Positions 13,117-23,760 of a stretch of DNA of 64,000 nt are shown piece after piece. Under the pieces are notes generated by a model, which had not been told where the DNA came from, did no database searches, and saw only the letters and a program-made list of their open reading frames with translations. Positions within the stretch are counted from its first letter, which is position 1; each line of letters starts with the position of its first letter. Source of the stretch: Cetorhinus maximus (Eukaryota); the NCBI RefSeq assembly GCF_964194155.1, contig NC_135890.1, forward strand, positions 23,188,001 to 23,252,000, given 5' to 3'. Both the position numbers and the translations under genes were made by a program.

Positions 13117-14400
13117 ATAACCGTACCCACAATCACACCAATACCCACAATCATATCCATACCCACACATACTCATACCCACACATACCCATATCCACAC
13201 ATACCCATATCCACACATACCCATACCCACAATTATACCTTCACCCACGCATATCCATACCCACAATCATACCCATACCCACACATACCCATACCCACAA
13301 TCATATCCATATCCACACATACTCATATCCACACATACCCATACCCACAATTATACCTTCACCCACACATATCCATACCCACAATCATACCCATACCCAC
13401 ACATACCCATACCCACACATATCCATACCCACACATATCCATACCCACACATATCCATACCCACAATCATACCCATACCCACACATACCCATACCCACAC
13501 ATACCCATACCCACACATACCCATACCCACACATACCCATACCCACACATACCCATACTCTCAATCATATCCATACCCACACCCACACATACCAATACCC
13601 ACACATACTCATACCCACAATCATACCCATACCCACACATACCCATATCCACACATACCCATACCCACACATACCCATACCCACAATCATACCCACGCCC
13701 ACACATACCCATACCCACAACCAAAGCCATACCCACACATACCCATACCCACAGATACCAATACCCACAGATACCAATACTCACACATACCCATACCCAC
13801 AATCATACCCACACCCACACATAACCATACTCACACATACCCATACCCACATATATCAACACCCACACATACCCATACCCACACATATCAATAACCACAC
13901 ATATCAATACTCACACATATCAATACCCACACATACCCATACCCACACATACCCATACCCACACATACCCATGCCCACACATACCCATGCCCACACATAC
14001 CCATGCCCACACATACCCATTCCCACACATACCCATACCCACAATCATACCCACGCCCACACATACCCATACCAACAACCAAAGCCATACCCACACATAC
14101 CCATACGCACAGATACCAATACCCACAGATACCAATACTCACACATATCCATGCCCACAATCATACCCACACCCACACATAACCATACCCACACATTCCC
14201 ATACCCACACATACCCATACCCACATATATCAACACCCACACATACCCATACCCACACATATCAATAACCACACATATCAATACCCACACATATCAATAC
14301 TCACACATACCTATACCCACACATACTCATACCCACAGATATCCATGCTCACACATACCAATACTCACACATACCCATACGCATAATCATACCAATACTG
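13117..14400. repeat. Low-complexity (cacacatacccatacc)-type tandem repeat
   Basis: Degenerate ataccc/cacac units. Generates spurious His/Thr/Pro ORFs. Confidence 0.9.
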
Positions 14401-14496
14401 ACGCAGACACATACACTCCCAAATACATAGATAAACACACACCTACAGACACACACACACCATATTTGATCCTGAATTGTTTCCGACATCACTTAC

Positions 14497-14609
14497 TGAC
14501 TGGAACCTTTGTGAGCATACAGACTGAACCAGATGTCATACAGCTGCTGTTTGAATTCCTCCTGGTTCACTTTTGCCCTCCCCTTCTCCACTAAATACCT
14601 GTGAGCAAT
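14497..14609 (-). CDS. endouc: EndoU coding exon 4 (IAHRYLVEKG...YAHKGSS)
   Basis: Acceptor cccttgtcttctcag|att; donor ca|gtaagt; 113 nt. Confidence 0.88.
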
Positions 14610-14793
14610 CTGAGAAGACAAGGGAAGAAACTTTAGAAGCTGGAAAGGCCAGTGGCCCCAAGAGGTCCAACCCTTTCTGGTATATTGACCCCAAGCACCC
14701 AACATCTCACCATTTACTTCAATCCCACCCACACCCACACACTTCGCCCTATCCATCAATGCCAGCCTCTAACCGTGTACACTGTAATGGTAC

Positions 14794-14915
14794 CTGAAGC
14801 ACCAGAGTTTCCATGACAACATCCAGAAAGGTGTGGATCTCTCACTCCTCCTCAGGGATAATGATCTCCGGTTCTCTTGTGTCAGCTTCATAATTATCCA
14901 ATAGGGAAATGAAAG
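14794..14915 (-). CDS. endouc: EndoU coding exon 3, contains in-frame TGA at 14842-14844
   Basis: Acceptor tcctttaacag|ct; donor cag|gtacca; FISLLDNYE motif; 122 nt. Confidence 0.88.
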
Positions 14916-15169
14916 CTGTTAAAGGAATCACAAATCTGCCTGATTTGCCTTGTGTCAACTGGTGTAGGTCTGGGTGGGTGTTCCACCCAGAGGTCTGACA
15001 TTCAATATGAAAGAATATTGATATCATTGAGATGGGGGAATAGACGGAGAGAGTATCGGGGATGGGTTATATAGGGAGGGATTATTGGGGTAAGCACTTA
15101 AAGTTAATTTAATTTAACTTAATTTAATCTAATTTAATAAAATTTATAGAGTGGCAGAGGTTAGCACAC

Positions 15170-16277
15170 AGGGAGAGTGAAGGTTAGAGAGAAATTAACA
15201 CAGAGCGAGGGTTGGAGACAGAATAACACACAGAGTGACGGTTAGGGAGAAAATAACAGAGTAATAGATATAGACAGATTAACACAGAGTGAGGGTTAGA
15301 GAGAGATTAACACAGAGTGAGGGTTAGAGAGAGATTAACACAGAGTGAGTGTTAGAGAGAGATTAACATAGACTGAGGGTTAGAGAAAGATTAACACAGA
15401 GTGAACGTTAGAGAGAGATTAACAAAGAGTGAGGGTTAGAGAGAGATTAACACAGAGTGAGGGTTAGAGAGAGATTAACAAAGAGTGAGGGTTAGAGAGA
15501 GATTAACACAGAGTGAGGGTTAGAGAGAGATTAACAAAGAGTGAGGGTTAGAGAGAGAGTAACAGAGTGAGGGTTAGAGAGAGATTAACACAGAGTGAAC
15601 GTTAGAGAGAGATTAACAAAGAGTGAGGGTTAGAGAGAAATTAACAGAGTGAGCGTTAGAGAGAGATTAACAAAGAGTGAGGGTTAGAGAGAGATTAACA
15701 GAGTGAGCGTTAGAGAGAGATTAACACAGAGTGAACGTTAGAGAGAGATTAACATAGACTGAGGGTTAGAGAGAGATTAACAGAGTGAGCGTTAGAGAGA
15801 GGTTAACGCAGACTGAAGGTTAGAGAGAGATTAACAAAGAGTGAGCGTTAGAGAGAGATTAACACAGAGTGAACGTTAGAGAGAGATTAACATAGACTGA
15901 GGGTTAGAGAGAGATTAACAGAGTGAGCGTTAGAGAGAGGTTAACGCAGACTGAAGGTTAGAGAGAGATTAACAAAGAGTGAGGGTTAGAGAGAGATTAA
16001 CACAGAGTGAGGGTTAGAGAGAAATTAACAGAGTGAGCGTTAGAGAGAGGTTAACGCAGACTGAATGTTAGAGAAAGATTAACAAAGAGTGAGGGTTAGA
16101 GAGAGATTAACACAATGTGAGGGTTAGAGAGAGATTAACACAACGTGAGGGTTAGAGAGAGGTTAACACAGAGTGAATGTTAGAGAGAGATTAATAGAGT
16201 GAGGGTTAGAGAGAGATTAACACAGAGTGAACGTTAGAGAGAGATTAATGCAGAGTGAGGGTTAGAGAGAGAGATTA
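15170..16277. repeat. 26-28-bp minisatellite (agagtgagggttagagagagattaacac)n
   Basis: About 38 purine-rich tandem units. Confidence 0.93.
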
Positions 16278-16452
16278 AAATGGGAAAATGAGAGTAAATG
16301 AGAATAATTTGGAAGGAGTGATATTTAGAGAGAGGGTATTTTGAAGGAGGAAGTTGACGTATGAAATGAGAAATTGAGGAAGGAATCCATGTTCGAGTTT
16401 TGTGTGTGTTTAGGTTTGATTTGGCAGAATGTCCTTTCTGACTCTGGGCTTT

Positions 16453-16948
16453 AGAATCACAGAATCACAGTGCAGAAGAGGCCCTTCGGCCCATCAAGTC
16501 TGCACCAACACGTGAGAAACACCTGACCTACCTACCTAATCCCATTTACCAGAACTTGGCCCATAGCCTTGAATGTTATGACGCGCCAAGTGCTCATCCA
16601 GGTACTTTTTAAAGGATGTGAGGCAACCCGCCTCCACCACCCTCCCAGGCAGCGCATTCCAGACTGTCACCACCCTCTGGGTAAAAAAGTTTTTCCTCAC
16701 ATCCCCCCTAACTCTCCTGCCCCTCACCTTGAACTGATGCCCCCTTGTGACTAACCCTTCAACTAAGGGGAACAGCTGCTCCCTATCCACCAGGTCCATG
16801 CCCCTCATAATCTTGTACACCTCGATCAGGTCGCCCCTCAGTCTTCTCTACTCCAACGAAAACAACCCAAGTCTATCCAACCTCTCTTCATAACTTAAAT
16901 GCTTCCTCCCAGGCAACATCCTGGTGAATCTCCTCTGCACCCCCTCCA
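16453..16948 (-). mobile_element. CR1 LINE 3' fragment
   Basis: LEGVQRRFTRMLPG...LGLFSLE and RKNFFTQRVVTVWNALP, ending in an (attct)-type tail. Confidence 0.9.
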
Positions 16949-17449
16949 GGGGTTGAATTTTCCCAGCCTTGAGGAGACGGGTTTGGATGCCCGGAAATAA
17001 TGGGGAGATCAGGACGGTTTCCCAAAGCATTTCTGACTCCAGGTAAGTTTCCTAGGTGGCAGCCTTGATGTGAGGACAGGAACGTCTTATTGAGGCTTCT
17101 AAGTGAGCTATTCACCCCATTTTGCAAGGGAATTGAAAGTTACTGAAGGTGTATGGGTCCCACAGAGCATCAGAACTCAGCAGCTCAAAGGAGGCAAGAG
17201 CACAGGAGGAGATCGTTGTTGCCTGAAATTGAGAGGCATTCAGTTGCGCAGAGTCTCCAAGCAGTGAGGCTCAGGGCTGCCATTGGAAGGGAGAGCTGTT
17301 TAAAGGGCTTGCTGTGTCGAAGGCCTGCTGCTAAGGCCAGTAAATAAGAGGTATTCCCACAAGAACCCTGCAACAAACTAAACCAATTCAATGGGGATAA
17401 GCCAGTGAGTGTCAAAGGCTGGAAAGGGAAATGAGTGCCCTGTATTCAG

Positions 17450-17727
17450 TGTAGTATAAGGCTCTGGCATATACAGGTTTGATGTGGGACTGAGTATAGT
17501 GCTGCCCACGCAGTGATGTAAGAAGGTGCATGACACAGACCCAGGGGTCAGTGTAGTATTGAGCAGAGACTGGTAAAGACTTAAGCATGAAGATACCTCC
17601 TGGCCTATACCCTTTACTGTACATGTGTAAATAGTTCTACTTGTTAATAAAGACTTACAGTTAACCTACTAAAGACCACAAAAACTTCTTTAAGCAACAC
17701 CGTTCTGTAACCAACATCCTCCCAACA
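17450..17727 (+). repeat. 5' LTR
   Basis: TG...CA ends; internal aataaa; shares the block gtaaatagttctacttgttaataaagacttacagttaacctact with the 3' LTR. Confidence 0.9.
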
Positions 17728-18619
17728 TGATGGCAACAGTAGGGGGTCAAAAACCCTCAACTTCGCAAAAATGTTGAAACAAACCAAAATGCTGGAAGGC
17801 TAAGAAAAACTTCAACAAAGCTTTCGGGCATAAAAGAAGCTTCCAAAAGAAGCAGAGGGCTCAGAGGAAAAATCGCCAGAGACTCCCCCAAGTAAAGGCC
17901 TGGAAGCTAAAGGCAGAGATTTTTACTGCAGCAGAAGACTCCATTGAATCTCTCTTGGAAGTCTAGTTTCAGAGCGCAGCGTCCACAGAGCCTGCAAGGA
18001 TGAGCTAAATCTTTTAATGCTCCAGGCTGCAGCTAATCCTGAGAACCTTTTCCCTAGCTCAGTGTTAGAGGCCCCGCTGAAGGTAAAGCCCGTCATTGAA
18101 ACCCAATTCCCCAATCTGAGCCCCACCACGTGACCTACATATTCACAAAATAAGAAAGAAGAATGAATTATTTAAATCTGTCAGGAACGTTGCGACTGTG
18201 CAGCTCAGGAAACAGCAAGCACAACTTCCGATTCAAACGCCTCGTTACTCGCCACGGCAAACCGCGGAACGAAAGAAGTCAGCGCACAGCCGATCCAGGC
18301 AGCCATTGGTCAGACCCTGCTTCAAGAAGTGCACCATTGCCATTTTGCGGAGCCAGCCAAAACCAGCAAGCGTGGGAAATTCCCTGGCCTTGAAATACAA
18401 GAAAAGCTCCAGAGAAAATTTTTAAAAATGGAAGGCAGAGCAAAAGAAAAGCCTCTAGTATAATTCTCCAAATTAAAAAAAAACCCTGGATGGCCGAAAC
18501 TTCTTGTTTTGAAGCTTTCATGCTGAGTTTAAAAGTTTGAAATAAAAAACAGCTACTGCACAGCTGTTCTTAAAAGGGCAACGACATTTAAAGCTGTAAC
18601 TACATAAAATCAAAAATCC

Positions 18620-18880
18620 AATTTACCAGGTCAGTTTGGATTTATCCAATGGGAAATAATGTGGCATCCTTGAGAAGTGACATTTCACATTACTGGAGTA
18701 CATCAGGTCTCAGTAAAAGATCAGAGGAAGCCCAGATTACGGCCTTTTTATATCGGAGGGGGGGGTTTGGTGATCTTGCAAATCATGTTATCCTAATGCA
18801 AGAGTTTGATAAATCCGCAACCAGCCTCAGGGAACTGTTAACAGCTTTGACGAATATTTTAATCTTCAAGCTAGGGAGAG
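18620..18880 (+). pseudogene. Gypsy gag N-terminal remnant
   Basis: HYWSTSGLSKRSEEAQITAFLY... then, after a frameshift, FDEYFNL. Resembles the Y..ASGL..KSEE.Q...LLY / F..YF pattern of Gypsy gag. Confidence 0.6.
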
Positions 18881-18981
18881 GCAAGAGGGCACTCGAGAGG
18901 TGGGGAGCCTTCCAGAAGTCCCAAAGGAATATCTATTTGAAGATCCCGACATGTTTCCAGAACTGCACCAGCAACTGGTAA

Positions 18982-19990
18982 TGGGACAAGGAAAGAGCCC
19001 TATGGCAGGCCAAGCAAGAAGAAACAGAAGTAAAATCAGAAAATGGTCGTATCAAAGCTGAACTGGAAGATTTGAAGCACAAAGTTCAAGCTGAGTATAT
19101 ACCTTTGAAAATGCATGATAACCTAAAGCCTTCAATGAACCAAACCGTTCAAGATCTGAACAGATAAATTTCAGAGACATCCCAAAGGTACCAGGAGAAA
19201 ATAATGAACCCCAATTCCACAGTTGGCGAATCTAAGCGGGAGTTGGGGAAACGCAACCAGCTGTACAGCCAGGCACAACAACAGGCAGATGAGGTACTCT
19301 TGTGGCCTTGAAAGACTCTGAAGAACCAATACATGCCTCTGGAAAAACACAGAGTTTAAAAAGCCATTGAATGCTACTTCAGGAAAAGCCATGTTGGGGC
19401 TATCAGCAGTGACAAAGCAATACGGAGTGACAAGCTGAACAAGGGATTAGACAGCTGAAAGAACAGCAAATTGTCCTTCAAGATCATATTCAAAAACAGT
19501 ACATAACCCTTCAGCAACATGACAGAATAAAGAGTACCTTGACCAGTAGAATGGCAGAACAGCAGAACAAACTCAATCAGATCCTGGTAAATTACAAGAA
19601 AACTCAAGATGAAGCAATTGAGCTTTGCAACGAAAAGGAAAACCTTCACACGCTACAAAGATCCCTCAGGTCAGTTTGTTCCTCTGAAACATTACGAAAT
19701 GAAACAAAATTAATTTAATGCTGCTCTGAAAGAACTGACAAACCAGTTTTCAGAGGAGGTTCAGGAGTGTTCAGTATTCCAGGAGGGAGCCAACAGATCC
19801 AAGAAAGAGACTGCAGCACTGAAGGAAACAGTTTGCACATGTGGAAGAAACGTTGGAAGAACATTACGTGTCCAAAGAGATATACGAAGAGACAAAAATC
19901 AAGAGCAAAGAACGGCAACTGAAGGTAGAAGTTCTCAATAAAGAGCATGAGGTGTTTCAAAAACAATTGGCAGAAGTGCAATTACAGAAA
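18982..19990 (+). pseudogene. uaca: Captured UACA-like coiled-coil fragment (degenerate)
   Basis: AEYIPLKMHDNLKPSMNQTVQDLNR*ISETSQRYQEK, LKNQYMPLEKH, QDHIQKQYITLQQHD, ILVNYKKTQDE and FNAALKELTNQFSE occur in the same order as the UACA coiled-coil repeats as recalled. Confidence 0.75.
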
Positions 19991-20029
19991 GTGAGCTTGA
20001 AGGATAGCACAGAAAATAGGTTCTGCCAA

Positions 20030-20800
20030 GGAAAACTGATCCACTCAAAAAATCAACTTCCATGTACAAATGATGAGTTTGTTAATAAAAAAAAAAGGAA
20101 CTGATGAGAACACTGGAGTCACTCACAGGAAGTAGAACACTTGAAAGAGGACTTGAAATGCTTAAATGATGAACTTGTACAAAAAAATTCAACAAAGCAT
20201 TTATTGCCCATCCCTAATTACCCTTGTTCAGAGGACATTTTTTAACAGTCAACCACATTGCTGGAGTCACATGCAGGCCAGACGAGTTAAGGACAGCAGG
20301 TGTCCTTCCCTAAAGGACATTAGTGAACCAGATGGGTTTTTATAACAATCGGCAATGGTCTCATAGTCATCATTAGACTTATAATTCCAAATTTTTATTG
20401 AATCTGCTGTGGCGGGATTTGAACCCAGGTGCCCAGAATATTACCCTAGGTCTCTGGTCTAGTGACAATACCACTATGCCACTGCCTCCACCACCACAGA
20501 ATCAATGACCAAAACCGATGAAATTGTTGAACTTTGTTCCAAACTGAACAACATGATGGACAAGATGCATAGTATGGAAGGGCAAATCCAGACTTCAAAA
20601 GCAGATAAGGAGAATTCTAAGAAATACGTTGAGGACTTAACAAATGAACTGAAAGAGTCTAAACAGCAGTCAGTGGCCAGGCAAAAAACATTCCGAACAG
20701 AACTGTATGCCCAGGTGAAGTTGTCAAACTTATATAAGAGTTCTGAAGAAAACTCTGAGATGAAGACGATTCAATTTACCAGATTAGTTGCTGAACCGAA
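20030..20800 (+). pseudogene. tpr: Captured nucleoprotein TPR N-terminal coiled-coil fragment, intronless, split by a SINE
   Basis: ELMRTLESLTQEVEHLKEDLKCLNDELVQKNSTK, then TKTDE...KYVEDLTNELKESKQQ...FRTELYAQVKLSNLYKS. Matches recalled TPR ([40 protein letters not shown]...FHNELNAHIKLSNLYKS). Confidence 0.82.
20198..20492 (-). mobile_element. tRNA-derived SINE inserted in the LTR element
   Basis: Minus-strand A-box tggcatagtgg and B-box ggttcaaatcc; tail attagggatgggcaataaatgc. Confidence 0.85.
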
Positions 20801-21371
20801 TGAAAAGACTCGTAAGCTCGAAAAACAACTAAAAAAGAAGAAAGTAATCAAAAATTTGGCTAAAATTATGAAACAGGTGCAAATGAATGTTCCATTATTG
20901 AAACGTAGACGTCCATCTACATCGAGACGGCCCACATGGCAAAAGAAGAGAAAGAAGCGCCAAGGAGACGAATACAATGTTTGTCCACCCCACATGAAAC
21001 AGTTTAGCGTAGCGGCAAACACCGATCAACGCAAAGGAATGGCAGACAAGGATGAAAGCATACCGAGATGCCAGCCCAAACTCCAAGCCAATGGGAAGAA
21101 CCAAAGCATACCACTCCCCCAACAGAACGGCGAACGAGATATGGAAGGGTTATAAGGCCTCCAGACCGCCTGAACCTGTAAGTTCCAGGACCTGAAGGGG
21201 GGAGACGGGGTTAATGAGAATGTCGTAATAGCGCTAATATAGTAATAGCAATAACGCAGTAATAGAAATAATGTGGCAACATTAATATAAATGTATGAAA
21301 CTGATAACAATGTAAGACATGAAGTAAATCAGTATAACTCCATATACATTGGATAAAGACTTGGGGGGAGG

Positions 21372-21629
21372 TGTAGTATAAATGTCTGGCACATACAGGG
21401 ATAATGTGGGACTGAGTAAAGTACCACTCACACAGTGATGTAAGAAGGCACATGACCCAGACACAGGGGTCAGTGTGGTGTTGAGCAGATGGTAAAAGAC
21501 CTAAGCATGGAAACAGCTTCTAGTCTGTTGATATGTAAATAGTTCTACTTGTTAATAAAGACTTACAGTTAACCTACTGAAGACTACGAAGACTTCTTTA
21601 AGAATTCTGTAACCAACACTCTCCAAACA
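21372..21629 (+). repeat. 3' LTR
   Basis: TG...CA ends, preceded by a polypurine tract. Confidence 0.9.
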
Positions 21630-22571
21630 CTGAGGTCACCTCCTTTAGTCAAGAGGAGAGTGAGAGAGATGAACTTCAAAAACCACATGGGAGGGACAGC
21701 AGAGGGCACAGGAGAACCAGTGGCATTGGGCTGTGCTGGCACCCACATGTAGATGGCGCAGAGGGGCAGGAAGACATGTGACATGCTGGAGGAGGAGCTG
21801 AGGCCACTGGGATATGGTGGACACCCATCGCCTGTGGCGGTGAAGGTGACTGCATTGTTAACATTTTAGCTTCAGGATCATTCCAGGGGTGAGCTGGGCA
21901 CATTTGTGGGAGCTCACAGTCTGCCGCCCATCTTTGCATCAAGCAGGTGATGGATGCCTTGATCGCAAGGGCAGGGGAAGACATAAAGTTCCAGATAGAT
22001 AATGCTAGTCAGGCGGGAGGGCAACCCACTTCACCCCTATGGTAGGACTCCCTCAGCTCCAGGGGGGTCATAGACTGCACATCTATGGCCATCAAAGTTC
22101 CCTGAGGGCAGACAAGTGCTTTTGTCAAAAGAAAGAGGCTCCATTCCCTCAATGTGTAGATCGTATGTGACCACCACAAAAGGATGCTTTAAATGTGCGC
22201 AAGGTCCCTGGGATGTTGCCATGGCTCTTTCATACTCAGTCACAGATACATCAATTTTTCATTCCACCAGAAAGGCTTTGTGGGTGGGAGGCAAGGGGCA
22301 GAATCATCCCAGATTTACACTAAGTGCGGTAGCGGGCAGGTAAAATGATGTTTTACCCGCCAGCCGCAATGGCGGCTTTTCACGCCGTATTGTCCCAAAC
22401 CCACTGCATTAATTATGCATTCCCAAGAAACGTGCTGTTTCCATGGTGAGGGGCTTTCATTCGCCCACCACACCATCACCTCGCTGCTTCATCGTGCCAG
22501 GCGCCATGTTTAAAGTGCAGCTGTGTGCACACATCTCAGTGCTTCCAGCCCACAACTGCTGCACAGAAGAG

Positions 22572-22807
22572 ATAGCCCTGAAAGGCAAAAAGACTAGAGC
22601 CCCCAAGTTCAATGACGCGTCCCACTTTTTGGAGACTCACCATAATGTCCTCTACCCCCATTCTGACCGCAGGATGGGCAGCAACATCACCAATCCAGCT
22701 TTAGGTGGATCCAGGAGGTGGTGGCAGCAGTCATCAGTGCCAACATCCTGCAAAAGATTAGAGCTACCCAGTGCTGTAAGAGGACGAATGATCTCCGTTC
22801 CGCCAGG
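22572..22807 (+). pseudogene. Harbinger Myb/SANT-like gene exon 1 (degenerate)
   Basis: ALKGKKTRAPKFNDAS...VAAVISANILQKIRATQCCKRTNDLRSAR, followed by donor gtaagt. Confidence 0.75.
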
Positions 22808-22986
22808 GTAAGTCATTCTTCTCATCACTCTCACTCACACACTCATAAACCCATCACATATCCACAGGGCCCTCACTCACTGCCAGTTCAAGGGACATCA
22901 CAATTCAATCTCCCACACGCACCTTCATTGTCCTCATCCCGTCCATGGGACCACTCACTACCCACACATGACAGACATACTTATCA

Positions 22987-23093
22987 TCGAAACAAAAACA
23001 GAAAATGCTGGAAAAGCTCAGCGGGTCTAGCAGCATCTGTGGAGTGAGAAACAGAGTTAACGTTTCAAGTCCGTATGACCCTTCTTCAGAGCT
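22987..23093 (-). mobile_element. Penelope-like terminal-repeat fragment with hammerhead-like core
   Basis: aaacagaaaatgctggaaaagctcagcgggtctagcagcatctgtgga... Related copies at 38232-38483, 41785-41920, 48250-48378 and 56590-56670. Family assignment is from recollection. Confidence 0.65.
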
Positions 23094-23760
23094 GTTCACT
23101 ATTGTCAATAAGCTCCCAAGAATGTCTCCATGCCTTTGGCTCCTTGTTCTGAATAGCAGTGTTCGTGTCACTCAGATGTGAAACCTTTCTGCACAAGATA
23201 AAGACAGGTGTCTCAGTCCAGGGCCTCTTCCAGTGCTTCAGATCAAAGTAATGGTTTGATCTCGCACTCCCTGGACACGTTAGTGATGCCTGAACCTTGA
23301 CTGTGCTTGTCATTGCTGCCAGAATGTCGTGGGCAGGCATCACAGAGTTCCACCTTTCTCTCTGTGTGCTCTCAGCACCTTTAAGGTGGGGCTGCCCCCA
23401 TCTCTTCAGCATTCGTGACCAGTGACGCTGTGCTCCTGAAGGGCTCAGGTGCTGAAGGTAGACAAAGGATCAGATGCTTTTAAAGCTTCATGGCTGCGTC
23501 TCTATGATATGACTCTGATCACAGAGCGCAAGCGAGCTGCCCTCAGCCAGACAGGAGTCAGACATTCACAGAGGCTATGTGAAGATGTATGGAGTGACCT
23601 TCACTACATGTCGTCATCATCTTCCTGCAATCGAGCAATTATTAGGGCCTCCAATGTGTCTCCGTGACAGGAGCATTATCACAGAGGGTATGTGTGCTGC
23701 CATAAGCCAGACTGGAGTCAAACATTCATAGATGCAATATGAGGACCTTATGGTGTCTCC

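Larger units (their letters stand above)
17450..21629 (+). mobile_element. Non-autonomous Gypsy-type LTR retroelement carrying captured host coding sequence
   Basis: Two diverged LTRs, both tgtagtataa...aaca (17450-17727, 21372-21629). PBS-like tgatggcaacagtaggg at 17728, a degenerate complement of the tRNA-Leu 3' end. PPT ggggggagg at 21363-21371. gag N-terminal remnant and pol C-tail RTRYGRVIRPPDRLNL*. Confidence 0.88.

Noticed and set aside
13014-14594. 526-aa His/Thr/Pro ORF and antisense Gly/Tyr/Cys ORFs
   Set aside because: Translation of a low-complexity tandem repeat within an EndoU intron.
14842-14844. Selenocysteine codon in EndoU
   Set aside because: The position is a variable non-Cys site, EndoU is not a known selenoprotein, and the 3' UTR is not in the window. 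Kept only as an alternative to test.
15170-16277. Interstitial telomere
   Set aside because: Only one GGGTTA per 28-bp unit; no (TTAGGG)n run.
20400-20490. tRNA gene
   Set aside because: The A/B boxes belong to a SINE head; no full cloverleaf.
17445-21634. Target-site duplication of the LTR element
   Set aside because: Flanks ttcag / ctgag match only partly, so they were not counted as evidence.
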